Source of the DNA: Leptogorgia sarmentosa
Lineage: Eukaryota
Direction: 5' to 3'
DNA length: 64,000 nt
Assembly: GCA_964658305.1 (NCBI GenBank)
Contig: OZ210885.1
Location: 1,736,001 to 1,800,000 of the forward strand
Positions 63,739 through 64,000 of the stretch are shown piece by piece (positions within the stretch are counted from its first letter, which is position 1; every line of letters begins with the position of its first letter). Both the position numbers and the translations under genes were made by a program. Under the pieces are notes generated by a model. That model was not told the origin of the DNA. It saw only the letters and a program-made list of their open reading frames with translations, and searched no databases.

Positions 63739-64000
63739 ATCTTCGGAAGAAACCAACTGTTACATCTAACAGTCTGTGCATTTAGTCTTGTATTGGCGGA
63801 ACTGCATGGTCTTAAACAACTTCCTGTACTTATTCTGGAATGTTTGATGACGTGGATCCACTTGCGTAGGCGGAGGGACGACCTTGTGGTGTGTTTGTGT
63901 TTGGGTGGGAGGGGGGGGGGGCGCAGTTAACACATCCCCCACTTTACGGTCAATCCGACGGTAGATTGATCTGTTTTAGACCTGTCGGTCGAGCAAGCAT

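Overview
AT-rich animal genomic DNA with GT-AG introns. Repeat and gene-family content most resembles an anthozoan cnidarian such as an octocoral (inference). From left to right: (1) possible first two coding exons of a minus-strand gene leaving the window. (2) A complete 19-exon STRA6-like membrane protein gene (+, 4440-13929, ~596 aa by my manual splicing). (3) A convergent 9-coding-exon ROCO gene (-, 15073-23557, ~1119 aa) with the architecture C2H2 zinc fingers - ankyrin repeats - Roc GTPase - COR - death domain, i.e. DAPK1-like but with zinc fingers where the kinase would be. (4) From ~25 kb to the window end, a tandem array of 10 full-length single-exon class A GPCR reading frames on the minus strand plus several relics. 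The array shows segmental mosaicism, two recent near-identical ~7.14 kb duplications, and a 4.2 kb replacement insertion carrying tandem repeats and Helentron-like elements. MITEs, Helentron-like elements and degenerate minimal hammerhead-ribozyme motifs are scattered throughout. All gene models are manual and lack transcript support.
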